A DNA stretch of 64,000 nucleotides from Wickerhamiella versatilis (Eukaryota). The first letter of the stretch is position 1, and each line of letters starts with the position of its first letter. Shown one piece after another: positions 21,535-31,592 of this stretch. Location: positions 248,001 to 312,000 of the forward strand of contig JAQOWU010000007.1 of NCBI GenBank assembly GCA_030867685.1, given 5' to 3'. The notes beneath the pieces are model-generated. The model saw only the letters and a program-made list of their open reading frames with translations, did not search any database and was not told where the DNA came from. Both the position numbers and the translations under genes were made by a program.

Positions 21535-22647
21535 TTAGGCAGAGAAGTCGATCACGACTCGACTCTTTACCTTTCCTTGCTTCAAATCATCAAAGATTTG
21601 GTTGATGTTTTCAAGCTTATCCTTCACGACATCGGGCTTCACTTTGTTTTCAGCGAAAAACCGCAAAGCCTCAACCATGTCCAACCGGGTGCCTACAATC
21701 GAGCCACGGATAGTGATCCCATTCAGAACGGTATCAAATATGCTGATAGGGAACTTCCCGGGTGGCAACCCGTTCATCACCATAACTCCTCCTCGTCTTA
21801 AATAATGCATTGCCTGCTCAAAGGCTGAAGGAGAAACAGCGGTGAGAAGAGCCCCATGTGCTCCTCCTATACTCTGAATAAATGCGGCAGGATCCTCAGT
21901 TTTGGCGTTGACAGTGTACATAGCTCCCATTTGCTTTGCCTGGTCAAGCTTAACATCGTTAATATCGACAGCTACAACATCAAACCCCATAGCAACGGCA
22001 TACTGTACAGCCAGCTGACCCAAGCCGCCTACACCGCCAATAACCACTGTCTGTCCTGAACGACATTGCGACATCTTTAATCCCTTGTACACAGTAAGTC
22101 CTGCGCACAGAACAGGTGCACAATCGTAAGCGTCAACTTCCTCTGGAACGTGGGCAACATAGTTGGGATCAGCAATAGCATATTCTGAAAATGCGCCGTT
22201 AGCCGTAAATCCACCATTCAACTGATCGTGGCATAGCGTTTCCCAGCCGCCGAGACAGTGCTCACAGTGGCCACAAGCCGAAAAAAGCCATGGAATACCC
22301 ACTCTCTCACCAACCTTTACCGAATTCACGTTGGAACCCACTTCAACAACCCTCCCCACACCTTCGTGTCCTGGTATGAAAGGGGGGGTGGCCTGCACTG
22401 GCCAGTCTCCTTCGATGGCATGAAGGTCTGTGTGGCATACACCACATGCCTCCATCTTTACAAGACAGTCGTTAAGCCCAACTTTCGGGATAGGAACTTC
22501 TTTCACCTCAAGTGGGGATCCCAGCTTGGTACAAACCGCTGCTTTCATGGTACCATCGAGATAGCGAGGGCAACTACTGTGAAGTCCGCGCAAGCCGACA
22601 CGCGACGTGCTTGCGTATCGAAAAGTACTATTCAGGAAACGCAACAT
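21535..22647 (-). CDS. ADH1: Zn-dependent alcohol dehydrogenase, bacterial AdhP/AdhA type, with N-terminal mitochondrial-type presequence
   Basis: GVCHTDLH, GHEGVG, structural Zn Cys cluster CGHCEHCLGGWETLC, GVGGLG, GSIVGTRLD. Start at MLRFLN (22647), preceded by TATAAAA; the core begins MKAAV at 22548. Confidence 0.92.
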   Translation of the reverse strand: MLRFLNSTFRYASTSRVGLRGLHSSCPRYLDGTMKAAVCTKLGSPLEVKEVPIPKVGLNDCLVKMEACGVCHTDLHAIEGDWPVQATPPFIPGHEGVGRVVEVGSNVNSVKVGERVGIPWLFSACGHCEHCLGGWETLCHDQLNGGFTANGAFSEYAIADPNYVAHVPEEVDAYDCAPVLCAGLTVYKGLKMSQCRSGQTVVIGGVGGLGQLAVQYAVAMGFDVVAVDINDVKLDQAKQMGAMYTVNAKTEDPAAFIQSIGGAHGALLTAVSPSAFEQAMHYLRRGGVMVMNGLPPGKFPISIFDTVLNGITIRGSIVGTRLDMVEALRFFAENKVKPDVVKDKLENINQIFDDLKQGKVKSRVVIDFSA

Positions 22648-22974
22648 GTGTTGTGTGTGAGTGTGCGACACTTTGACGTAATCCCGCCTCGGCAGATTCT
22701 TTTTATACACCCAAACCACCCCGCACGTCCCCGTTGGGTGCAACCCTAAGCGAGCAGGGTAGAGGGAGTCGGAGATGGTTAGATAGTCCCAACAGGATGA
22801 GAAGAAATTTTTTCTTTTTGTCGGAGCGATATGTATAAGTTTTTCCTGCGCAACTAAAGTTGGTCTCTAATCGCTTCTGGAAAGGTATCCAATTAGCCGA
22901 AAACCTGTTTATGTGTTTTACAGGGCTATTTTAGAATAATCTTCTTAAGTAACGCTTAATACATATTATAATGC

Positions 22975-23022
22975 AGGTTGGTATGTCCGGAGGTTGGTGT
23001 GACCGGAGGTTGGTGTAAGCGG
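22975..23022. repeat. Imperfect tandem repeat 3 x 16 bp (AGGTTGGTRTNNNCGG) upstream of ADH
   Basis: aggttggtatgtccgg / aggttggtgtgaccgg / aggttggtgtaagcgg read directly. Confidence 0.85.
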
Positions 23023-23891
23023 AGCTTATCCTTGGGAAAACGTCGGGCCTATGGAATAACGTCATCATCATGCGGAAAAAGGAGATCTGTTATTTCCCAT
23101 CAAAACACAGCTAGTCGTACAGGAATACCGGCATATACATATAGAAAACTGCATAGTGTATCATTTGTTATGAAGCCCTTTTCGATTACAGCTTCTGATC
23201 TAATCAAGATCGGTAGCGTCATTTTTATCGGGTTTCACGAAAAACGGTGACATATTCCGTCACCCAGCTCACTCTACAGGAAATATCACCGAAAAAACCC
23301 CATCCTGTGATGGCACACGCAAGTAGACTACCAGAAACTTGAGCAGTTTGTTAATCGACAGACATGTAACGTCTCGTTTAATGTACGTGTTAGTAACAAT
23401 CCATAGCCGCCATGCGACGCTGAGTGTCGTTTGTCAGTAGCTTTGTTGAAGCAATCTGAGCACTTCGAGCTGAGTTTACAATATGGATGGCGTTAGGGTT
23501 TTATTTCCAAGCTATATTGACTGTAACTTTAATAACTTATGTGCTGTCTCGTATGAATCGCTATTAATCCGTGTATTATGTCATCATATGCGGGGAAAAG
23601 CAACGCACGGTTGGTCGGCTGCGCCTAGGGATGATTCCTAAATCGCGTTTTTGGTGACGTCACAGGCAATGTTCTTACGCAACTACTATGTGCTACACGT
23701 TATAATGGCCAGTTTTTAATACGTTTCAAGTTTCTTTCAACTAAATACGCTGTTGCCTGATCTCCTATTGCAAGCAAAACTGTGTTCTTCGAAATTGCCA
23801 TCTTCTCTGCTGGTCAAAGAACGAATATAATCCTTGCTATCGACCTCTCAGAGTAGGAGTAATTATCCCTTCATGTCCACAGTAGCAGAGA

Positions 23892-25511
23892 TTAAGCGGA
23901 ATCATCTTTTTTGCCTTCAGTCATGGTTATTTCTTCTGTATTTTCAGGGGTATACCCAAGATATACATCTACGGCATCATCCCGTAATTCTCTAGAGAAG
24001 GGATGCACAACCGAAAGCAAAATATAAGTCACAGAGCCTAGCACAATTGAATCGACCCAATTAAAGCTATAAAAATTGATAAGCCCCTTCGTTACATGGA
24101 GATTGTCATTCATGCTATATGCGAGTCCCGGAAGAAGAGGTGCGATTGCAGTGGCAAACGCAATAAATGCCCTGTAGTTAAATCCACGGTTATACCAGTA
24201 TATTCCCTTTTCCACGAAAAGCTCACTGACACTTACACCTCTCGCACGACCAATGACCCAGTAGTCCGCAATCATCACTCCCAGAATAGCTCCCAGGAAA
24301 ACCGTATACCCATTGAGGAAGTTTAAGAATGTATTGGCACTGTTCTCAATGTTCCATGGTGTTATGGCAAAGCCAAGAACCGCACAGATAAACTGGCCAC
24401 GTCTGATATTAACATACTTCGGAAAAAGATTCGTGAGGTCATTAGCAAAAGGTACGCTATTTCCAGCAACATTAGTTAGAACCATGGAGAATGCTAAAAA
24501 AAGTCCACCGAAAAATTTAGCTGCTCTGGCATCGTCCCAGCTTTGAACAACCAATAGAGGATTCCATATTACTGACCCATAAATCACCTCGGCCGATGTA
24601 GCGAGAACCGCGCCAAGTAATTCAGTGAGGGTAATTACAATGGGAACTGTTAGTGCTTGAGAAGTAACAACGCCCCTCGGACTCTTGGCAAAGCGCGTAA
24701 CGTCAGGCATATTCAGAGCAAAAGTGGCATTACTGGCTAGCGAGCCTGTGATAGCCTTCAGGAAGGCATATCCAACGGTATACCCTTGGCTGTTTTTACT
24801 TTTCTCGTGAAATAAGGGACCCAACCCATCAGAGGCTGTGAGGGCCCACGTGAACAGAGCCACTCCGAAAAATGGCATTATTGCTGGCTTTATAAGGAAA
24901 ACCCAGCGAAGCGACTTTATGGGCAGGTATAGTAGTGGTAAGGTAAGAATCCAAAGAACACTGAAGCTCAGTATCTCCGGTGCTGTCACATTGGCGCTTG
25001 AGGGCAATGAATCGAGACGCCAGTGTTTAAATGATGGCCATATAGCCTGTATCATAGCCTCTACTCCCTGTGCACCCAGGTACGTTTGGACGCCAAACCA
25101 TATCACGCAGACCACGCCACGAACTATGACTGGCCAAATTGAGCCCCAAATCCCGAAACTGCTGCGAATAAGAACTGGAAAGTTGACCCCGTACTTGGCA
25201 CCTAAATATCCATTCAAGCAAATTGGAATTGTTACAAGGAAATTTCCAATCATGCAAGCAACGATTGCAAGTCCAGGATTTAGACCAAGGGCTACCGGTG
25301 CAGATGCGGCCTCCATCGTTGCCGCACTGAAGCCTTCACTTATCCAGAATCCAGCAAAATGATACCATTCCCAGGTTCGCTCGCTCATGGGCACGGGATC
25401 CAAATCTTTGCTCCTTAGCCGCTTATTGCTGGCTACAACTGTCGGGCGATAAGTAGCATCTTCGTCATGTAAAATCAAGAAGCGAGCATGGAATATTTTT
25501 AAACGTTCCAT
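23892..25511 (-). CDS. NCS1 nucleobase/allantoin/uracil/thiamine permease (FUR4/DAL4 family)
   Basis: DLDPVP-ERTW, FPVLIRSSFGIWG, WFGVQ, DVTRFAK, YVNIRRG, PWNI, about 12 TM. Confidence 0.93.
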   Translation of the reverse strand: MERLKIFHARFLILHDEDATYRPTVVASNKRLRSKDLDPVPMSERTWEWYHFAGFWISEGFSAATMEAASAPVALGLNPGLAIVACMIGNFLVTIPICLNGYLGAKYGVNFPVLIRSSFGIWGSIWPVIVRGVVCVIWFGVQTYLGAQGVEAMIQAIWPSFKHWRLDSLPSSANVTAPEILSFSVLWILTLPLLYLPIKSLRWVFLIKPAIMPFFGVALFTWALTASDGLGPLFHEKSKNSQGYTVGYAFLKAITGSLASNATFALNMPDVTRFAKSPRGVVTSQALTVPIVITLTELLGAVLATSAEVIYGSVIWNPLLVVQSWDDARAAKFFGGLFLAFSMVLTNVAGNSVPFANDLTNLFPKYVNIRRGQFICAVLGFAITPWNIENSANTFLNFLNGYTVFLGAILGVMIADYWVIGRARGVSVSELFVEKGIYWYNRGFNYRAFIAFATAIAPLLPGLAYSMNDNLHVTKGLINFYSFNWVDSIVLGSVTYILLSVVHPFSRELRDDAVDVYLGYTPENTEEITMTEGKKDDSA

Positions 25512-26330
25512 AGATCAGCAAATTATTCTAATAGCAATTTCACGAAGTTCCCGCTAATACCAAGTGATATAGAATTTCAACTTAGCGATATTGCTACTTC
25601 AGCTCGATACGGGCACCGTCCAATGTACACTTCCACAGTATCGCTGTGACTTGCCCGATGATTAATTTGTCTATCTCCTTATAAAGCTAAAAGAGATTAA
25701 TAGATCTGTGTGGCTGAGTAAATGGGTCGTAGTCTAACAGCATGCTTATAGTTCTTTATCTGTGGCAAACTTAACTAATTTAAAATGTGAAGCCTTTAAC
25801 TGCATTTTAGTAAACTTCTAGTGGATACATCAAATACACAAATATTTTGCAGCTTGTTAAGGTCCCACTATAGCATTATCTCCACAAATATCAGCCCTAG
25901 CCCGAAATTGTCCTCCGCGGAGAAATGGTTTCAACAAAATTTAGGAATTCCGCAAAGTCCCATTTATACCAGATTTCGAAACTACCACCTTAGTTCCATA
26001 AGCTAGCTAATGTGTGGATGCAGAGGGAAATATCAAACTGAAGTTGGGCTGTCTTTCTCCTCAAAAGCTATGCACCCTGTTTTGGAGGAATTTGGATATG
26101 GTGCAGGCATCTTATGGAAACTCAACCACTTCAACAACGATTCACTGGTTCTCAGTCAGTCGCTTCCAGTATTGTTCCAATGACTCATAGTTCATAAAAA
26201 GATATTAACTATCATTCACACAAACTACTAATGCTAGTTCTTCGATGAAAGCTAAAGATGTTTATCCGATAGAAGTTCATCAATAAAGCTGAAACTTATT
26301 ACCAAGCGTTGCTCCAGCACCATTGTACAT

Positions 26331-26966
26331 ATGTCATCATTGTATTTGTCAGGAATCGGTTCCAGAAGGTTTGTGACGCTATCTTTTTCAAGTATAAGAA
26401 GTTACTCAGGAATTTCCGTCAAAGCCATGCAGCCTCAAAGTGTTCTAGACTTCTGGTTCCATGCTGATATGAAGCCCTACTGGTTTGCTCGAAGTGATCA
26501 AGTTGATGAACAGATTAGCACGAAATTTAAGGAGACGTGGAAAAGTGCCAGTCAGGCAGAGCTTTGGGCTTGGCGCGATAGTGCAGAAGGCTGCCTGGCG
26601 GAAATCATAGTGTTGGATCAGTTTTCCCGCAACTTATTCCGAAATTCCCGCTTGGCATTTGCGCAGGACCCGCTAGCTTTAGGTTTGGCCCAGCAAGCTA
26701 TCAGACATGGTTTGGATAAAGCCCTGACACCAGAGCAACGTCTTTTTCTATATTTGCCGTTCATGCATAGTGAGTCGGTCCTCATCCATGAGTGCGCCTT
26801 GAAACTGTTCGGGGATCTTGGCAATCCCCAGTCATTAGACTTCGAGAAGAAGCATAAAATAATAATCGACAAATTTGGGCGATATCCGCATCGCAATTCT
26901 GTCTTAGGTCGCACATCAAGCCCAGAAGAGACCGAGTTCCTAAGTCAACCTGGCTCAGGGTTTTAG
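26331..26966 (+). CDS. DUF924 family protein (bacterial-like core) with N-terminal mitochondrial-type presequence
   Basis: VLDFWF, LAEIIVLDQFSRN, FLYLPFMHSE, FGRYPHRNSVLGR, FLSQPGSGF; Ser/Arg-rich leader before MQPQ (26427). Confidence 0.9.
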   Translation: MSSLYLSGIGSRRFVTLSFSSIRSYSGISVKAMQPQSVLDFWFHADMKPYWFARSDQVDEQISTKFKETWKSASQAELWAWRDSAEGCLAEIIVLDQFSRNLFRNSRLAFAQDPLALGLAQQAIRHGLDKALTPEQRLFLYLPFMHSESVLIHECALKLFGDLGNPQSLDFEKKHKIIIDKFGRYPHRNSVLGRTSSPEETEFLSQPGSGF

Positions 26967-27309
26967 TGTAAACAGTGTATTTATGAACCCCTTCCGACTA
27001 TAGTTTCTTTGTTGAGATCCTGCATCCTTGGGTACAATCATGCAGTAGCTTTACAAGTCGATCAATCGACGAACTGTCTGGAAAAAGAGATTTTATGGGA
27101 CCGGGTATGCATATACATTGCCTAACTATACTTGTCCGCGTCTAACTTTCATGTAATTGAATTCCCGGTACCAAATTAGAGCGTTTCTGATACGCTTTCT
27201 TATCTGCAGTTACATAATTATCGCAATCTCACGCAATCTCATATGATAAGGACTCATTCTCCCATCCCCTCCTTTTCTATCAGTTGATAGGCTACTTTAG
27301 AGCATTGAG

Positions 27310-28929
27310 ATGAGTGCTAAAGAACATGCAGCTTCCGACTTAAACGTTGAGTCTTCTATAGAGGATATCCGGAGCTACGACTTTGATGTGGATAAAATCG
27401 TTCAAAACGAGGAAGTTTTGAGTCACAATCACTGGTACGACGGAATTGTTCGCCTTTTCTACTGGTATCCAGCTAAAATGCCACGAAGAGAAAAGCTTTT
27501 TTTATTCAAATTAGACTTCATTATCCTGCTTTACATATGTGTGTCGTACTTCACTAAGTCACTTGACCAAGCAAATCTTCAGAAAGCGTATAATAGTGGC
27601 TTCAAGGATATATTCAAACATGATGATCTTGCTTATGCCAACTCACTGTATACCGCTGGATATATTGTGTCTATGTGTCTTGGAACCATGATAGTAACTC
27701 GACCCTGGGCCAAATTCCTGTTACCGACACTAGAAGCTGTTTGGGGTATCTTAACTTTTTGTGAGGCAGCGGTATCAACTTCGAAGCAGATGTTTGCTCT
27801 ACGCTTTCTTATTGGGCTCGCTGAAGGGCCGATATTTCCCAGTATCGCATACACACTAGGATCGTGGTACAAGCGCGATGAGTTGTATCGCCGCATAATG
27901 GCTTTTTCAATCTCTTCAAGTATTGGTGGACTGATATCAGGCCCTCTTCAAACTGCAGCAAATAATAATCTTGCTGGTATAGGAGGATTGAGTGGCTGGA
28001 AATGGGGATTCATAATTGACGGAGTTTTCACCATTCCAGTGGCACTGATTGGTTTCTTAGTATTTCCTGGAACATTAGAACAATCCAAAAAGTCTTGGTG
28101 GATCACAAATGAAGACTACCAACTTGCTAGTTCCAGAATGTATGCTTCTGGAGTGGTGCAGTCGAAAAAACCTTCGTGGAAAATTCTTAAATCTATCTTT
28201 ACGAGATGGCATGTCCACTATTTCACGGCATATTGGGTTATGCTTGATGTTACTGCTCAGCCGGGTCAGAATGCATTTGATCTATGGCTTTTGGACCAAC
28301 ATGAACGCTATTACGGTCTTAGATCCTATAAGGATAATCCCGATACTTCTGCCCATGGCTACACAACTAGCGATGTGAACAATTATCCATCAATTCAGTC
28401 AGCTGTTGGAATTGTAGTTCAGTTTATTTTTGCTGGTCTGGCAGACACTTATCCTGATTATATCTTCTCCACAGTAACTCAATGTCTTTTCGTCATCAGT
28501 TTCAGCTCATTGGCAGCCTGGAATATACCAGACGGATTTCGCTGGTTTTGCTATTTGGCCATGTCGCTTTCTGGGGTTAATCAGGCCATAGTAACTGCTC
28601 AGATTAATCGAGCATGCAGAAGGGATGCAGAAGAGCGGGCTTTCGTCCTAGCTTTCACTGATGCTTTCTCTCATATAATGTATATTTGGACAAATATAGT
28701 CTTCTACCCAACGTCCAAGGCTCCCAGGTTTCATCTAGGGTTTATCATGTCTGACGTGGCGGCAATCATAATGCTACTTTTGCCAATCTTCTTGTGGTTT
28801 GGTCGTAAGTACGATCAAAAGAAATATATTGCTGAAGCGAAAGCGAACGAGCCAACCCAGTCTATAAAGTCACAAGCTAGTGAAAAAGTCATGGGGACCG
28901 AATCTATAGTCATAGAGGAAGTCAAATAA
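27310..28929 (+). CDS. MFS transporter, anion:cation symporter family (FEN2/SEO1/Liz1-like)
   Basis: FKLDFIILLY, LDQANL, RFLIGLAEG, LGSWYKRDE, GLSGWKWGFIIDG, APRFHLG. Confidence 0.9.
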   Translation: MSAKEHAASDLNVESSIEDIRSYDFDVDKIVQNEEVLSHNHWYDGIVRLFYWYPAKMPRREKLFLFKLDFIILLYICVSYFTKSLDQANLQKAYNSGFKDIFKHDDLAYANSLYTAGYIVSMCLGTMIVTRPWAKFLLPTLEAVWGILTFCEAAVSTSKQMFALRFLIGLAEGPIFPSIAYTLGSWYKRDELYRRIMAFSISSSIGGLISGPLQTAANNNLAGIGGLSGWKWGFIIDGVFTIPVALIGFLVFPGTLEQSKKSWWITNEDYQLASSRMYASGVVQSKKPSWKILKSIFTRWHVHYFTAYWVMLDVTAQPGQNAFDLWLLDQHERYYGLRSYKDNPDTSAHGYTTSDVNNYPSIQSAVGIVVQFIFAGLADTYPDYIFSTVTQCLFVISFSSLAAWNIPDGFRWFCYLAMSLSGVNQAIVTAQINRACRRDAEERAFVLAFTDAFSHIMYIWTNIVFYPTSKAPRFHLGFIMSDVAAIIMLLLPIFLWFGRKYDQKKYIAEAKANEPTQSIKSQASEKVMGTESIVIEEVK

Positions 28930-29114
28930 CATTTCTAGACTCTCTGAAATAATAAAATATAAAAAAAGTATGCTCGATATTTTATTATAGCCACATACCT
29001 TATACCTTATTTATAGATTGCTTGAATGAAATATTTCTATTCTACTAATTATTTAGTCAATACATAAAAGCAAAGAGGTGGCTAAATTCGACTATGAGTT
29101 GCCCATCCTTTAAT

Positions 29115-30632
29115 TCAATAAGCATAACGGAAGCTTCGTAGCTCATAATCAGTCAAATCTGCAAACTCAAGTCCATTGCTATTTTCCTCCAGTATTCCTT
29201 CCTTATCCCGCTTTTGGTTCTCCCATATATTAAGGACCAGCATTGTGATCTCCAGTGCAACAGCTACTGCGGCTCCCGCAGCAAAAGTAGTTTTGGCAGT
29301 TGTATAGGACGGTTTTTGCGAGTCGAGAAAGCATTCAGGAGATACTATGTTGCCAACACAGAATGCAATCATCAACAGAGCGTTTGAAAAAAGCTTCTTT
29401 GTGTGGCCCAATGTATTCGACGCAACCCAAGACACAAATCCATTATATGTCGCCATACAAAACATGTTGTAAAGTAGTAGTCCTGCAAACTGTGATCCAT
29501 AATTTGGACCCCAGCTCAATAGGGCTAGACCGAGGAGGGTGAAGCAGCCAGTCGATATCACATATACTGAGCGAATCTGGGGAAAGAAATTGGAACTTAT
29601 TGCACCGACCACCAGCATAGCCACCAGCTGGCCTCCACCAAGTGACATGCCCAATAGAAGACTACGATCTTTCACAAACCCCATTGACTCTAGTAAAATG
29701 TTTTGAAATGTCGAGATCCCGTTACCCAGCATGTTAAAAACTACTGCGGCAAAAGTGATGTACAGCCGAGGGTCGCGTAGTGCCTCCCATACTTGGCCAT
29801 ACTTAATCTCATGTGATCCATAGCCCTGTTTGTTGTGTCTGATCATTTCTATATGCCATCGTTTCTCCTTCTCAGTGAGGAACCAGGCTTGGTGGGGAGT
29901 ATCAGGTACGTGAAATAAGAATAATGCACTTGTTGCTGCTGTAATTGAGCCCAAAATAATGAATACAAACCGCCATGCGCCATCAGAAGGGCCTTTGTTC
30001 TCATATAATCCATAGCCTATCGCGTTTGTCAGTATAATCCCAAACCCGTTGAAAGATGACCAGACGCATGCCCTGGAGTAATGAACCTCCCTTGGATACC
30101 ACTGGGAGACAATTGTGATAAATACAGGCATTACAACGCTTTCACATATGCCTAGCAGAACACGTGTACTAATATATGCGGCGTAAGATTGTGATGCACC
30201 ACTGCAAGCTAGTACAGCCCCCCAGATAATACATATAACACCCATAGCCTTTGCAGCAGGAAGCTTTTGTACCAATATTGATATCGGTATTTCTGCAAAA
30301 ATATAACCCAGGTAGAAACTGGAACCTACCCAACTGTACATATTACCCACCATACCTAGATCTTGTCTCAGCCCAAGCATTGATGCTGGACTCACAGCAA
30401 CTTTGTCACCAAACTGTAAGCCATAGAGAAGTGTTAAAACAGGTAGGATACAGAGGTCTGTTTTCCATTGAATTCGCTTTTTGATATCGGCTGGAACTTC
30501 GGCTGGCTCACCCGCAAATTTCTCAGCCAAGTCTACGTGGGAGAGGTCAACATCTACTCCGCCATCTCTGATGCTCTTCACCTCAACAAGGTCTGTCTTA
30601 TAGGCATTGTCATCCTTCTCAAATTCAAGCAT
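29115..30632 (-). CDS. MFS transporter, DAL5/allantoate permease family
   Basis: KTDLCILP, SSFYLGY, PDTPHQAWFLT, QVWEALRDP, NTLGHTKK, C-terminal FADLTDYE..FRYAY. Start at MLEFEK; two GATAAG (minus strand) at 30688 and 30739. Confidence 0.92.
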   Translation of the reverse strand: MLEFEKDDNAYKTDLVEVKSIRDGGVDVDLSHVDLAEKFAGEPAEVPADIKKRIQWKTDLCILPVLTLLYGLQFGDKVAVSPASMLGLRQDLGMVGNMYSWVGSSFYLGYIFAEIPISILVQKLPAAKAMGVICIIWGAVLACSGASQSYAAYISTRVLLGICESVVMPVFITIVSQWYPREVHYSRACVWSSFNGFGIILTNAIGYGLYENKGPSDGAWRFVFIILGSITAATSALFLFHVPDTPHQAWFLTEKEKRWHIEMIRHNKQGYGSHEIKYGQVWEALRDPRLYITFAAVVFNMLGNGISTFQNILLESMGFVKDRSLLLGMSLGGGQLVAMLVVGAISSNFFPQIRSVYVISTGCFTLLGLALLSWGPNYGSQFAGLLLYNMFCMATYNGFVSWVASNTLGHTKKLFSNALLMIAFCVGNIVSPECFLDSQKPSYTTAKTTFAAGAAVAVALEITMLVLNIWENQKRDKEGILEENSNGLEFADLTDYELRSFRYAY

Positions 30633-31592
30633 GGTCGAACAATGCCGGCTACAACGGGAAATAGCTGTGTTAGTCACAAGACAGTTTCTTATCTCTTGGT
30701 TATTTCAGCAGTGAGACAATTTAGTCATTATATGGCTTCTTATCTCATATTTTCCCAACCTGTGGTAGTAGCACACTGAAATCACATATCCGCACAGCGC
30801 AATTAAAATTGTCTGATTTGATATTCAAAGCTCTGGTAGAGGAGATGGCATATTCTCGCTATAGCAGCAATTATTGAGGGTTTTTAATAGCCCACATACA
30901 TGTTTTGGACGTTCCTATTTCAATATTAGTCTCTTCAAATGATGCTCTAACTTTCGCCATAGGCTACGACCGGTGTACTAGAGTGTGAAAGATTTTTCAG
31001 AGCTGTTTCTTGCTAGACCGAACTCAGTCAAGCACATACAGCACATCAACATTAGCAGTCCTCAGTCATCAGAAGCAGATGGCCCTCCCCTAGAGGATGA
31101 TTAGCTATAATTTAAGTACTGTGAATCTTGGCAGATGAGAGCCATGAAACGTCATGCTGGTAGAGCTGGTAAACAACCCTACCCTAATACTATGGCGGAG
31201 TAAGGCTATATAGCGAGAGTCTACTTGCCGCTAGCACAAAATCATTTTGAATCGAAAAGAATTCAACCGAAGAATTGCTACTTTTGTCATTACTGGATCT
31301 TGTTCAAATTAGTCGCTAAACCGTCGAAAACGCTTCGGCCAATAAATATCTGGGCAAGGACATATTTACAAATGAACTGGTTACAGAATTCCTGAAGAAT
31401 ACGTATAATAGTTCCTTCAGGCATGAATCTAATGGATGAGCCTTTTCATATCCACTTATGAAATGAACCATGGTGGACATCTTTAAAATTCTGCAGTTAC
31501 CTTGAGTTTTTCCTTACACCGGTCACAATGCTTCTCCGTCTGGGTTCATCGGGAAAAGTAAAGTGGGTCCCGAGAATTACGTAATCGAGACC

